Source: Bacteroidales bacterium (GTDB lineage: Bacteria; Bacteroidota; Bacteroidia; Bacteroidales; UBA932). From it: a DNA stretch of 46,001 nucleotides. Positions 19,461 through 28,098 of the stretch are shown in pieces. The stretch spans positions 1 through 46,001 of the forward strand of contig JBOFDL010000084.1 of NCBI GenBank assembly GCA_051646985.1, given 5' to 3'. The translations under genes were made by a program, and so were the position numbers. How positions within the stretch are numbered: position 1 is the stretch's first letter; every line of letters begins with the position of its first letter. The notes beneath the pieces were generated by a model that saw nothing but the letters and a program-made list of their open reading frames with translations, made no database searches and was not told where the DNA came from.

Positions 19461-21484
19461 TGTATAAAATCTTAGTACTCTTAGTTCTTCTATTTATGCG
19501 GATAACTCTTTTATGGGCGCAAGAAGAATTAATTATTCCAACATTAAGAGTGCAAAAAAACATTACAAAGTCAACTCAAACAAAACAAGAGAGGCTAAAT
19601 AATTTAACTCTTGATACCCTAGAATTACCTTTTTTTGACGATTTTTCTTCGTGGTATCAAAGCCCAATACCAAATCAACAAAAGTGGACGAATAATAATG
19701 TTTTCATTAACAATACCTATGGCATCAATCCGCCAACAATGGGTGTTGCTACTTTTGATATTATTGATGCGACAGGAAAAATTTACGCCAATGCTGGACC
19801 TTACTCTTTTTCCGCCGACACGCTTACCTCGAAACCAATTGCGATAAAATCTACAGATAATGATATATATTTAAGTTTTTTATATCAACCTCAAGGATTA
19901 GGAGACAAACCAGAAGGCAGTGACTCCTTAGTTGTACAATTCTTTTCCCCCTCAAAACAAATTTGGATTTCAATATGGCAAGTACGCATTATTGACTCCA
20001 TAAACTTTTCAGAATCTCCATTTTATATGCAAGAGCGATTTTTTGTAAATCCATCGCTCAATAAAAACATTTGGCATGATACCCCTGTCGAGCAATTTTT
20101 CCGAGTGATACTGCCTGTCACGCAGTCTTGTTTTTTGGAAAAAGGCTTTCAATTTCGATTTATAAATTATGCCTCTCGTGCAGCCGAAGATATTGGAGGA
20201 AAACTTAGCAATTGCGATATGTGGAATATAGACCTAGTTTATTTGAATAAAAATCGACACGAAGCAGACTTCAGTATCACAGATATTGCCACACAAACTC
20301 CCATACTGCAACTTCTCAAAGAATACAGAAGTATGCCTTGGAAACATCTCAAAAATAGTCCAACAGCACAGCGAGAACAACTTGTAAATGCTGATGGCCG
20401 AACAACGACAGTTAGTGTAAGTATAAATAATTTATCAACTAACGATAACGATTTTCGCCTACACTTTAATATTAATTGTGTAAAAGGAGCAGGCACAACA
20501 TCACAAAGAAATTATGATGCAGGAGCAATTTCATCAACTGCAAGTACCATTAGTAACCATACATTCAATTTGCCCGCTACAGATTTCCTAAATATGCCCC
20601 TAGCAAATGCAGATTCAGTTAAGTTTGAACTATCCAGTATCTTAGATGAATACAGAATAAATGCAAATCTAGCAGATGATCTACGTATTAATGACACTTG
20701 TGTATTTCATCAAGACTTTTTCACCTATTATGCATATGATGATGGCAGTGCAGAAAACGGCTATGGAGTATTTGGAAGTTATGCAGATAGATCAAAAGTT
20801 GCTGTAAAATATAATGCCTATCAACGCGACACATTAAGTGGTATTTACATTTACTTTAATCACACTCAGGATACAGGAAATATACAGCCCTTTAAATTGA
20901 CGATATGGAGTGACCGAGGTGGATTACCTAGTACAGAACTCTACACATCAGAAAATGAATACACTCGGTTTGATGAATTTCATCAATTTATTTTCTATAA
21001 ACTTAAATATCCAGTGGTCGTTGATGGCCCATTTTATATTGGATGGATACAGCAATCTACAGCGATGCTTAATGTAGGCTTTGATGTCAATTCGAAACCA
21101 TCAGGCAAAATGCTATTAAGTCTTGATGGCAACAAATGGACCACGTCCCGATTTGATGGGTTAGGCGCATTAATGATACGCCCATCCTTTGCGCGTCTTA
21201 CTTTTGATGCTTCAACCTCGATTAAACCAATAGAAGAAAAAAAAACCAATCTATTGCTCTATCCTAATCCGACAAAAGAAAACATAAAACTGCAATTGCC
21301 CGAAAGTTTGCAAAATAAAATATTAAATATCGAAATATTTACCCTACAAGGACGTATGATTATGCAAGCCCTCTACACAATGGGAACAGGTCTCAATGTT
21401 GGAACATTGCCTACTGGCGTCTATTTCTTACGAGTCGTTAACGGTCAAAACATTGTTGGCTATGCTCGCTTTATCAAACAATAA
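19460..21484 (+). CDS. Secreted T9SS cargo protein (type A C-terminal sorting domain), function unknown
   Basis: 674 aa with a signal peptide (...LLWAQEE). The N-terminal LELPFFDDFS...QKWT resembles choice-of-anchor-type domains. The C-terminus LLLYPNPTKENIKLQL...GVYFLRVVNGQ...ARFIKQ is a typical T9SS CTD. Confidence 0.8.
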   Translation: MYKILVLLVLLFMRITLLWAQEELIIPTLRVQKNITKSTQTKQERLNNLTLDTLELPFFDDFSSWYQSPIPNQQKWTNNNVFINNTYGINPPTMGVATFDIIDATGKIYANAGPYSFSADTLTSKPIAIKSTDNDIYLSFLYQPQGLGDKPEGSDSLVVQFFSPSKQIWISIWQVRIIDSINFSESPFYMQERFFVNPSLNKNIWHDTPVEQFFRVILPVTQSCFLEKGFQFRFINYASRAAEDIGGKLSNCDMWNIDLVYLNKNRHEADFSITDIATQTPILQLLKEYRSMPWKHLKNSPTAQREQLVNADGRTTTVSVSINNLSTNDNDFRLHFNINCVKGAGTTSQRNYDAGAISSTASTISNHTFNLPATDFLNMPLANADSVKFELSSILDEYRINANLADDLRINDTCVFHQDFFTYYAYDDGSAENGYGVFGSYADRSKVAVKYNAYQRDTLSGIYIYFNHTQDTGNIQPFKLTIWSDRGGLPSTELYTSENEYTRFDEFHQFIFYKLKYPVVVDGPFYIGWIQQSTAMLNVGFDVNSKPSGKMLLSLDGNKWTTSRFDGLGALMIRPSFARLTFDASTSIKPIEEKKTNLLLYPNPTKENIKLQLPESLQNKILNIEIFTLQGRMIMQALYTMGTGLNVGTLPTGVYFLRVVNGQNIVGYARFIKQ

Positions 21485-22537
21485 ATGACAGAATTCAACA
21501 ACGATATTGAAATTGAAGATGATGACTACACTACATATGAACATCATAAATTTGTAGTAGATCGAAATCAAAGTCTTATGCGCATAGATAAGTTCTTATC
21601 CTCTCGAATGATGAACTTATCACGTAATCGTCTGCAAACCGCCATTGACAACGAATGTATTTTAGTGAATGGCAAAATCATAAAAGCAAGTTATCAAGTA
21701 AAGCCTTCAGATGAAATTAGAGTGGTAATGCCTTACCCTCCAAAAGTGATAGAAGTTATCCCAGAGAATATTCCTCTTGCAATTTTATATGAAGATGATG
21801 ATTTACTAGTAGTCAATAAAGCTGCAGGAATGGTAGTGCATCCTGGTCACGGAAACTTCAATGGCACTCTGGTAAACGCTCTTACTTACTATCTACATAA
21901 TCTCCCTACATTTCAAGAGGGAAATCTGCGAGCAGGATTAGTACATCGTATTGACAAAGATACTTCTGGCATTATGGTTGTTGCAAAAACTCAAAAAGCA
22001 AATGCTCATCTTGCGGCACAATTCTTTAATCATAGTATTGAACGCATTTATCAAGCCTTTGTATGGGGAATTCCACAACCTACTAATGGAACTATTGAGG
22101 GCAATATTGGACGTTGTCCATCAAATCGCATTAAAATGCAGGTTTTTCCTGATGGAGAACAAGGAAAAACAGCTATTACACACTATCGTGTAATAGAGGA
22201 GTTGGGCTATATCTCAGTAATTGAATGCAAACTTGAAACGGGACGAACTCACCAAATTCGTGCACATATGGGATATATTGGTCATCCTATTTTTTCTGAT
22301 ATTCGTTATGGAGGGAGTCATATTTTAAGAGGAACAACATTCTCAAAATATAAGCAATTTGTGCAAAATTGCTTTGAATTACTACCACGACAAGCACTAC
22401 ATGCAAAAGTGTTAGGTTTTGTACATCCGAGTACAAACAAGAAAATGCACTTTGAAGTAGCTCTTCCCGATGATATGCAAGTGGTTCTTAACAAGTGGAA
22501 AAATTACATTGCCAATAGAACTGAATTAGACCTATAA
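21485..22537 (+). CDS. rluD: 23S rRNA pseudouridine synthase, RluA/RluD family
   Basis: 350 aa with an S4-like N-terminal domain. Carries the catalytic motif HRIDKDTSG and the GRTHQIRAH block. Confidence 0.9.
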   Translation: MTEFNNDIEIEDDDYTTYEHHKFVVDRNQSLMRIDKFLSSRMMNLSRNRLQTAIDNECILVNGKIIKASYQVKPSDEIRVVMPYPPKVIEVIPENIPLAILYEDDDLLVVNKAAGMVVHPGHGNFNGTLVNALTYYLHNLPTFQEGNLRAGLVHRIDKDTSGIMVVAKTQKANAHLAAQFFNHSIERIYQAFVWGIPQPTNGTIEGNIGRCPSNRIKMQVFPDGEQGKTAITHYRVIEELGYISVIECKLETGRTHQIRAHMGYIGHPIFSDIRYGGSHILRGTTFSKYKQFVQNCFELLPRQALHAKVLGFVHPSTNKKMHFEVALPDDMQVVLNKWKNYIANRTELDL

Positions 22538-22599
22538 TCTACGAACAATACTCAACTAAAAAGATTTACTGTTGCTTTGACATTGGGAATATTTCCGAA

Positions 22600-24456
22600 T
22601 CATAACTTTATACAACGTACAGAAATTGCTGCATTAGCGGCCTTTGGGTCTCCGCTACCTGCTTGATAAATTTTAGTAGCCACAGATTTATCGTACTCGA
22701 ACATGCGATAATTAGGCGTAAGATTTACTCCTTGCGTACTACCGCCAAGTGTATTAACCGCAAAAATAGCCCACTGACCTCGTCCTCTTGCAACACTACC
22801 TTCAGTGGTATTGGTAGTACCTGTTACCATATTCATACCAGAAGGAATAATAGAAAAACCATAATAATCATTACCGGAGTTTTCTCGCTCAGCATACATC
22901 CAACGAGTATAAATAGTGCGACGCGCCCCTGCTTTTCCAAGAGCAATGCCATTAGTCCATATACCATAAATTGTTTCATCATTTGCCCAATTATCACAAT
23001 TATAAGTACCCGGAGGACAAGTAGCAACTGCTTTAAGCCTTTTTCCTGCATTTTTACCTACTCTAGCAAAAAATGTCCCAATAGAATTCCCTGCATTTGT
23101 GGACAATGAGTTCATTGCTGTAGGCTGATTATTAGGCTGATAAGCAATTGGGCCAGGAGTAGCAACACTTGACAGAAAGTATGAAAGCACTGCATTTTGA
23201 ATTATACTATAATCACTACGAAAATGTCCACAAGTATCATCGATAAGGAAATCTCCTGTTTTTGCTACAGTAGGCGTAGTACAACCATCTACAGCATTAA
23301 GCATTGCTCCCCAATGCTGACTACTTGGAATACTCCAACCTATTGGGCAAATGCCTCGTTGTGTAGTTGCAGGAATTGTAGCAGTAACTCTTGGTGGAAT
23401 TGTTTGCGCACCATTACCATCTAATCTTGACCATGTTCCATAAGGATATAAAGCACCATACACCTCACAATTCCAAGGACCTCCAGGATGATTGGCTACC
23501 TGTTCTGCTAGATTACTTCCTCTTGAACTAGTAGAATATCCCTCGCTATTGCCTTGAGAGGTTGTCGCAGAAGATGTTGCACCATCATTCTGCGGACAAA
23601 ACATATAGCCTCCTAAGGAAATATCCGTTGAAGCAGCATCTCCTGTTCCAGAAGCGGTATAAGGCCTTTGAGCTGGCAAGAAAAAAACAGTTGAACGTAA
23701 TCCTTTCATATAATTCAAATTTCTAGCAAACCACCAACGATGTGTACCTTCTTCAGGATTAGTACGATTAGGATTTTCTGGCATACGAACAATACGATAA
23801 ATACGACAATCTCTTGGGTCACGAATATACCCCTCCCAATTTTTGGCACCGCCCTTTCGTTTTTGGCACCATAGTAAGTCTTTATCTTTTTTGGGGTATG
23901 GACATAGACTGTCTATATCGGTAAAAGGATTAATCATAATATCAGAGTGGCCTACTCCACACCAACGACAACGTATGGCGGGAAGTTTGGTTTCGAGAGT
24001 TATCATAATAGAATCCTCTTCTCTTATATTTAACCCTTCATTCTTAAGATCAAATACTAGATTATAACCAGGCAGACCTTCTTCGGTGAAGACTACAAGC
24101 GCAGGAAATGTCTCTCCCTTCTTTGTGTAAGTTGGGTCGATCAGTGCCCCTATACTATCAGATTGAAACATAATCAGATGAATTGCATCATAACCTCCGT
24201 TATTTCCTACGGGCTCATAAATACCTGAAACTTTCTTCTGCAAACGAAATAGAATCGTATCGACTACCGCCTGCAAACAAGTATCTGCTCCTGCAGGGGC
24301 ATAGCGCATTACTGCGTAAATTTTCCTTTCAAGAGAGTCAAAATTAGTTGTGATTACTTCAGAAGTGGTCAATTTTTCTTGAGCATTAAGATTTAGTTGC
24401 TTTAACAAACAAAATCCAATGAATATTAACCAAAGAAATTGAGATCCATGTTTCAT
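22600..24456 (-). CDS. Secreted FISUMP-domain (Fibrobacter succinogenes major paralogous domain-like) protein with a Cys-rich linker
   Basis: 618 aa with a signal peptide (...NLNAQE). FISUMP hallmarks are DPRDCRIYRIVRMP...RWWFARNLNY, GICPIGWSIPSSQHW, YYGFSIIPSG and the C-terminal SVRCIKL. It is a paralogue of 43213..44700. Confidence 0.75.
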   Translation of the reverse strand: MKHGSQFLWLIFIGFCLLKQLNLNAQEKLTTSEVITTNFDSLERKIYAVMRYAPAGADTCLQAVVDTILFRLQKKVSGIYEPVGNNGGYDAIHLIMFQSDSIGALIDPTYTKKGETFPALVVFTEEGLPGYNLVFDLKNEGLNIREEDSIMITLETKLPAIRCRWCGVGHSDIMINPFTDIDSLCPYPKKDKDLLWCQKRKGGAKNWEGYIRDPRDCRIYRIVRMPENPNRTNPEEGTHRWWFARNLNYMKGLRSTVFFLPAQRPYTASGTGDAASTDISLGGYMFCPQNDGATSSATTSQGNSEGYSTSSRGSNLAEQVANHPGGPWNCEVYGALYPYGTWSRLDGNGAQTIPPRVTATIPATTQRGICPIGWSIPSSQHWGAMLNAVDGCTTPTVAKTGDFLIDDTCGHFRSDYSIIQNAVLSYFLSSVATPGPIAYQPNNQPTAMNSLSTNAGNSIGTFFARVGKNAGKRLKAVATCPPGTYNCDNWANDETIYGIWTNGIALGKAGARRTIYTRWMYAERENSGNDYYGFSIIPSGMNMVTGTTNTTEGSVARGRGQWAIFAVNTLGGSTQGVNLTPNYRMFEYDKSVATKIYQAGSGDPKAANAAISVRCIKL

Positions 24457-24544
24457 AAATAAAAAAACTTTTTTTATACTAAAACTAAAGACTAATTGAT
24501 ATCATTGTGCCAAATAACAATGGTGATAACACTACCATTTTTTG

Positions 24545-24552
24545 CAAAGGTA
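24545..24552 (-). promoter_or_regulatory. Candidate -7 promoter box (TACCTTTG on the minus strand) for the FISUMP gene 22600..24456
   Basis: The plus strand reads CAAAGGTA, about 88 nt upstream of the ATG at 24456. Confidence 0.45.
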
Positions 24553-24589
24553 CTAAAAAAAACATTCCCTACCAGAACTTATTTTTTCA

Positions 24590-24597
24590 TACCTTTG
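24590..24597 (+). promoter_or_regulatory. Candidate -7 promoter box TACCTTTG for the deoxynucleoside kinase (and possibly the MATE gene)
   Basis: Exact TAnnTTTG match, 52 nt upstream of the ATG at 24650. Confidence 0.45.
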
Positions 24598-24649
24598 TTC
24601 CGGTAAGAATGTTATCTAGTAATTCATAACTTAAGAGAAGCACAGAAAT

Positions 24650-25261
24650 ATGCATATTGCAATAGCAGGAAATATTGGTAGTGGAAAAACCACCTTAGCA
24701 AAACTCCTTTCAAAACATTACGCTTGGGACGCACAATATGAGGACACAAATGACAATCCTTATTTACAGGACTTCTATCAAGATATGCAACGTTGGTCAT
24801 TTCATTTGCAAATATATTTTTTGAGCAAGCGATTTAAGCAAATTATAGAAATAAAAAATGGCTCAAAAACGATTATTCAAGATCGCACTATTTTTGAAGA
24901 TGCTTATATTTTTGCAGCAAATTTGCGTGATATGCAATTAATGTCTGAAAATGACTACAATTCTTATCGTGCGCTATTTGACTTAATGAATTCCCTAATT
25001 GCCCCTCCAGACCTATTGATTTACTTGCGAGCATCTGTGCCTACGCTTGTACGTCAAATTCAAGGTCGAGGTCGAGAGTATGAAGCAGGTATTCGATTAG
25101 ATTATCTCAAAAAATTGAATGATCGCTATGATAAGTTTGCCGAAAACTATCCACACAATAAGTTAATTATTGATGTTGATGCTTTAAATTTCTCAGACAA
25201 TCCCCAAAATTTGAATGAAGTCATTAGCAAAATTGACGCAGTGCTTCATGGACTTTTTTAA
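24650..25261 (+). CDS. Deoxynucleoside kinase (dAK/dGK/dCK family)
   Basis: 203 aa with the P-loop IAGNIGSGKTTLAKLL. The QDRTIFED and LIYLRASVPTLVRQIQGRGREYE (LID) blocks are typical of bacterial deoxynucleoside kinases. Confidence 0.85.
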   Translation: MHIAIAGNIGSGKTTLAKLLSKHYAWDAQYEDTNDNPYLQDFYQDMQRWSFHLQIYFLSKRFKQIIEIKNGSKTIIQDRTIFEDAYIFAANLRDMQLMSENDYNSYRALFDLMNSLIAPPDLLIYLRASVPTLVRQIQGRGREYEAGIRLDYLKKLNDRYDKFAENYPHNKLIIDVDALNFSDNPQNLNEVISKIDAVLHGLF

Positions 25262-25343
25262 AGACATAGATCTAACAATAGGCTTTTTGTAACAATAATG
25301 CCATGTTAGGATATCGTAGTCTAACACTTTTTCACATAGTCCT

Positions 25344-26690
25344 ATGCCCAAACTTACCACAGGAAATGTAGGGACACGCATTTTCCAATTTACATGGCCA
25401 TTGTTGCTGGGAAATGCTTTTCAACAATTATACCATGTTGTTGACAGTGTTATTGTAGGGCAGTATTTAGGGAAAGAAGCTTTGGCAGGAATTATTGCCT
25501 CATCTCAGGTTTTCATATCTATTATTGCCCTGGCAATTGGCATCGGTATTGGAGGAACTGTTGTAGTTGCCCAGTTTTTTGGAGTACGAAATCAAAAAAA
25601 AGTTCAAGAAACCTCTGACACTCTAACTCTATTTATGCTCTTTGCGAGTGTTATTCTTAGTGTTATTGGGCTTTTGTTTAGTGTTCCAATCTTGCAATGG
25701 ATACAACTTCCAGTTGAGTCTCTAGATGCTGCTACATCTTATCTACACGTTCTATTTGCAGGCCTAATTACAATGTCTGGCTACAATGCAACTTCATCTG
25801 TTTTACGAGGGATTGGAGATTCTAAAACGCCGCTTTATGCCCTCATTGTTGCTAGTTTAGTAAATATTCTACTTGACATAGTCTTTCTGCTCGGATTCAA
25901 TATGGGCACTGCAGGAATTGCCTTAGCGACTGTGATATCACAAGGCATAGCATGGCTATTTTTAATACTTCACGTTAGACAACAAGCCGTTTTTTTATCA
26001 TTTAATATATTTCGAGGAAAATTTATACCTAGCATCTTCAAGGATTGCGTGCGTATTGGTTTACCATCGGGCTTACAACAAACCTTTGTTGCAATAGGTA
26101 TGACCGCGCTTTTTGGGATTATTAACACATTTGGAGTTGATGTTTCGGCAGGTTATGGTGCAGCTACTCGCATAGATATGTTTATTGCTTTGCCCGCAAT
26201 GAATTTTGCCTCAGCATTATCCACCTTTGTTGGACAAAATATAGGAACTAGAAATATATCTCGAATTAAAGAGGCATTACGCTTTACACTATTACTGTCA
26301 GGAATAATAAGCATTGTTGTTACTATTGCGGTACTCTTTTTGCGAAAGCCCTTAATAGGGATGTTTACCAATGAGGCAAATCAAGAGACTATTCGTGTAG
26401 GCTCAGAATATTTAATGATTGTGTGCTCTTTCTACATTTTATTTTCTACTCTATTTGTCCTTACTGGATTATTTCGTGGGGCAGGAGCTTCTTTTATGCC
26501 AATGCTAATCACCTTAGTGGGATTGTGGCTCATACGACTTCCTGTTGCCTATTGGCTTTCCTCAACCTCATTAGGCTATAAAGGCATATTTTGGGCTGTA
26601 CCTATCGCATGGACTGTTGGGCTAATTATAGCTATTTGGTATTATTTATCAAATGGATGGATGAATAAAAGTGTTGTAAAAATATTATAA
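25344..26690 (+). CDS. MATE family efflux transporter
   Basis: 448 aa with 12 predicted TM segments. The N-terminus ...WPLLLGNAFQQLYHVVDSVIVGQYLG and the internal repeat LRGIGDSKTPL / FRGAGASFMP are typical of MATE/NorM. Confidence 0.88.
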   Translation: MPKLTTGNVGTRIFQFTWPLLLGNAFQQLYHVVDSVIVGQYLGKEALAGIIASSQVFISIIALAIGIGIGGTVVVAQFFGVRNQKKVQETSDTLTLFMLFASVILSVIGLLFSVPILQWIQLPVESLDAATSYLHVLFAGLITMSGYNATSSVLRGIGDSKTPLYALIVASLVNILLDIVFLLGFNMGTAGIALATVISQGIAWLFLILHVRQQAVFLSFNIFRGKFIPSIFKDCVRIGLPSGLQQTFVAIGMTALFGIINTFGVDVSAGYGAATRIDMFIALPAMNFASALSTFVGQNIGTRNISRIKEALRFTLLLSGIISIVVTIAVLFLRKPLIGMFTNEANQETIRVGSEYLMIVCSFYILFSTLFVLTGLFRGAGASFMPMLITLVGLWLIRLPVAYWLSSTSLGYKGIFWAVPIAWTVGLIIAIWYYLSNGWMNKSVVKIL

Positions 26691-26712
26691 TTGCGAATTA
26701 ATCAGCAATATT

Positions 26713-27447
26713 TCATTTGTTTTTTGCCTGAATTTCTTGCTGTACGGATAGCATTATTTGATGTACACGATTTTGTGTACTTGCTATGTCGGCACTAGCC
26801 ACTTCTGGTGCCGATATTTCAGGTAAAATATGAACTCTTAATATTTGACTTGCATTGACGAAACGTTTTCCAATAAATGAGTTCGTCCCATCAATGACCA
26901 CAGGCAAGATCGGAACATTATTTTGTTTAGCAAGCAAAAATGCCCCTTCTCTAAAACGTCCAATTCTTCCATTTCTTGAGCGAGTACCCTCTGGAAACAT
27001 CATCAATGATGTTTTTGTTTGCAAAACACTTGAGCAATCTTGCATCATTTTTTTTACACTTCTTGTATCACCTCGCTTTATAGTAACATCTCCATGCAAG
27101 TGCAACAACTGACCTACTAATGGAATACGATATACTTCTTGCTTGGATATCCACTTAAAAAATAAAGGAACTTTATATAGTAATACGATGTCGTACATTG
27201 CCTGATGATTACAAACAATCACATAAGTCGTATTTTTTTTCACATTTTCTCTTCCCTGCACAATAACTTTTCCAAAGGGACGTGGCAAATACAAATTTGC
27301 AATACGCCGTGAAATAATATGTTGAACTCTACGTTGCTTATCAAATGGATAACAGACTATAAACATCAATGCAGAAAATGCTACACAAAGAGGTGCAGTA
27401 ACAGCAAAATAAATGGCAAAAAAGAAAGTGTAAATTACGTTTAACAT
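26713..27447 (-). CDS. plsC: 1-acyl-sn-glycerol-3-phosphate acyltransferase family protein
   Basis: 244 aa with an N-terminal TM segment. Carries the HX4D motif (NHQAMYD) and the FPEGTRS motif. Confidence 0.85.
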   Translation of the reverse strand: MLNVIYTFFFAIYFAVTAPLCVAFSALMFIVCYPFDKQRRVQHIISRRIANLYLPRPFGKVIVQGRENVKKNTTYVIVCNHQAMYDIVLLYKVPLFFKWISKQEVYRIPLVGQLLHLHGDVTIKRGDTRSVKKMMQDCSSVLQTKTSLMMFPEGTRSRNGRIGRFREGAFLLAKQNNVPILPVVIDGTNSFIGKRFVNASQILRVHILPEISAPEVASADIASTQNRVHQIMLSVQQEIQAKNK

Positions 27448-27465
27448 AGTAGTATATAGAGGTAT

Positions 27466-28095
27466 TTAAAATTCATTGTCGAAAATAATTAAAGGAGGAG
27501 TATCTTGTTTTTTGGTTTTAGAAGTAGGAATTCGATTTTTGGACATTTTTTTTGCGGTTTTTTCCTTAGATAATATACGCCCCGATACTGAGAAATATTT
27601 TTTCCAGTAACTATTATGAAGCGAGGCGATGCTAACGCCTTGAGATGTTGATGCGTGTATAAACTTATAATCGCCTAAATAAATGCCAACATGAGACATT
27701 TTTTTTTCTTTGATAGAGAAAAAAACTAAATCACCTGATTGTAATTTATTTTTTTTTACCAACTCCACCTGTTTTACCATTTCCGAGACAGGGCGGTTTA
27801 ATTTTATGCGATGAGCCTCTTTATAAATATTGTAAACTAAAGCAGAGCAATCAATTCCCTTTTTACTATTACCCCCATATTTATAGGGCACCCCCAGCCA
27901 TTCTATAGAGGCCGCAATAATTGCTCTGTCTTCATATCCTTCAAATTTTACGCCTAATTGTGCTCCTTTTTGCTTGTAAAACTCACGATCTTGAGTTGAT
28001 AAGTTACGAGTAGGAGAACACGATAAAAGTAGTAATAATAAATTGAAGCTAAAAAACACTCCAAATCTCCCTCTAGGCAGTATCCGGAACTTCAT
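27466..28095 (-). CDS. NlpC/P60 (C40) family peptidoglycan endopeptidase lipoprotein
   Basis: 209 aa with the lipoprotein-like signal ...LLLLSC. Contains the catalytic Cys block GIDCSALVYNIY and the His block MSHVGIYLGDYKFIHAS. Confidence 0.85.
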   Translation of the reverse strand: MKFRILPRGRFGVFFSFNLLLLLLSCSPTRNLSTQDREFYKQKGAQLGVKFEGYEDRAIIAASIEWLGVPYKYGGNSKKGIDCSALVYNIYKEAHRIKLNRPVSEMVKQVELVKKNKLQSGDLVFFSIKEKKMSHVGIYLGDYKFIHASTSQGVSIASLHNSYWKKYFSVSGRILSKEKTAKKMSKNRIPTSKTKKQDTPPLIIFDNEF

Positions 28096-28098
28096 CTA

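Noticed and set aside
22663-23109. Antisense or shadow ORFs inside long genes (for example 22663..23109 +, 39933..40298 -, 1585..1962 -, 45052..45447 -, and many 60-100 aa ORFs in the track).
   Set aside because: All lie opposite or out of frame within well-supported genes and have low-complexity or motif-free translations. None has its own promoter box. They are typical frame-shadow ORFs.
22600-24456. Diversity-generating retroelement targeting the FISUMP (C-type-lectin-like) C-termini.
   Set aside because: There is no reverse transcriptase gene in the window. I could find no near-identical template/variable repeat pair; the two paralogues' C-terminal regions share only short motif-coding stretches.
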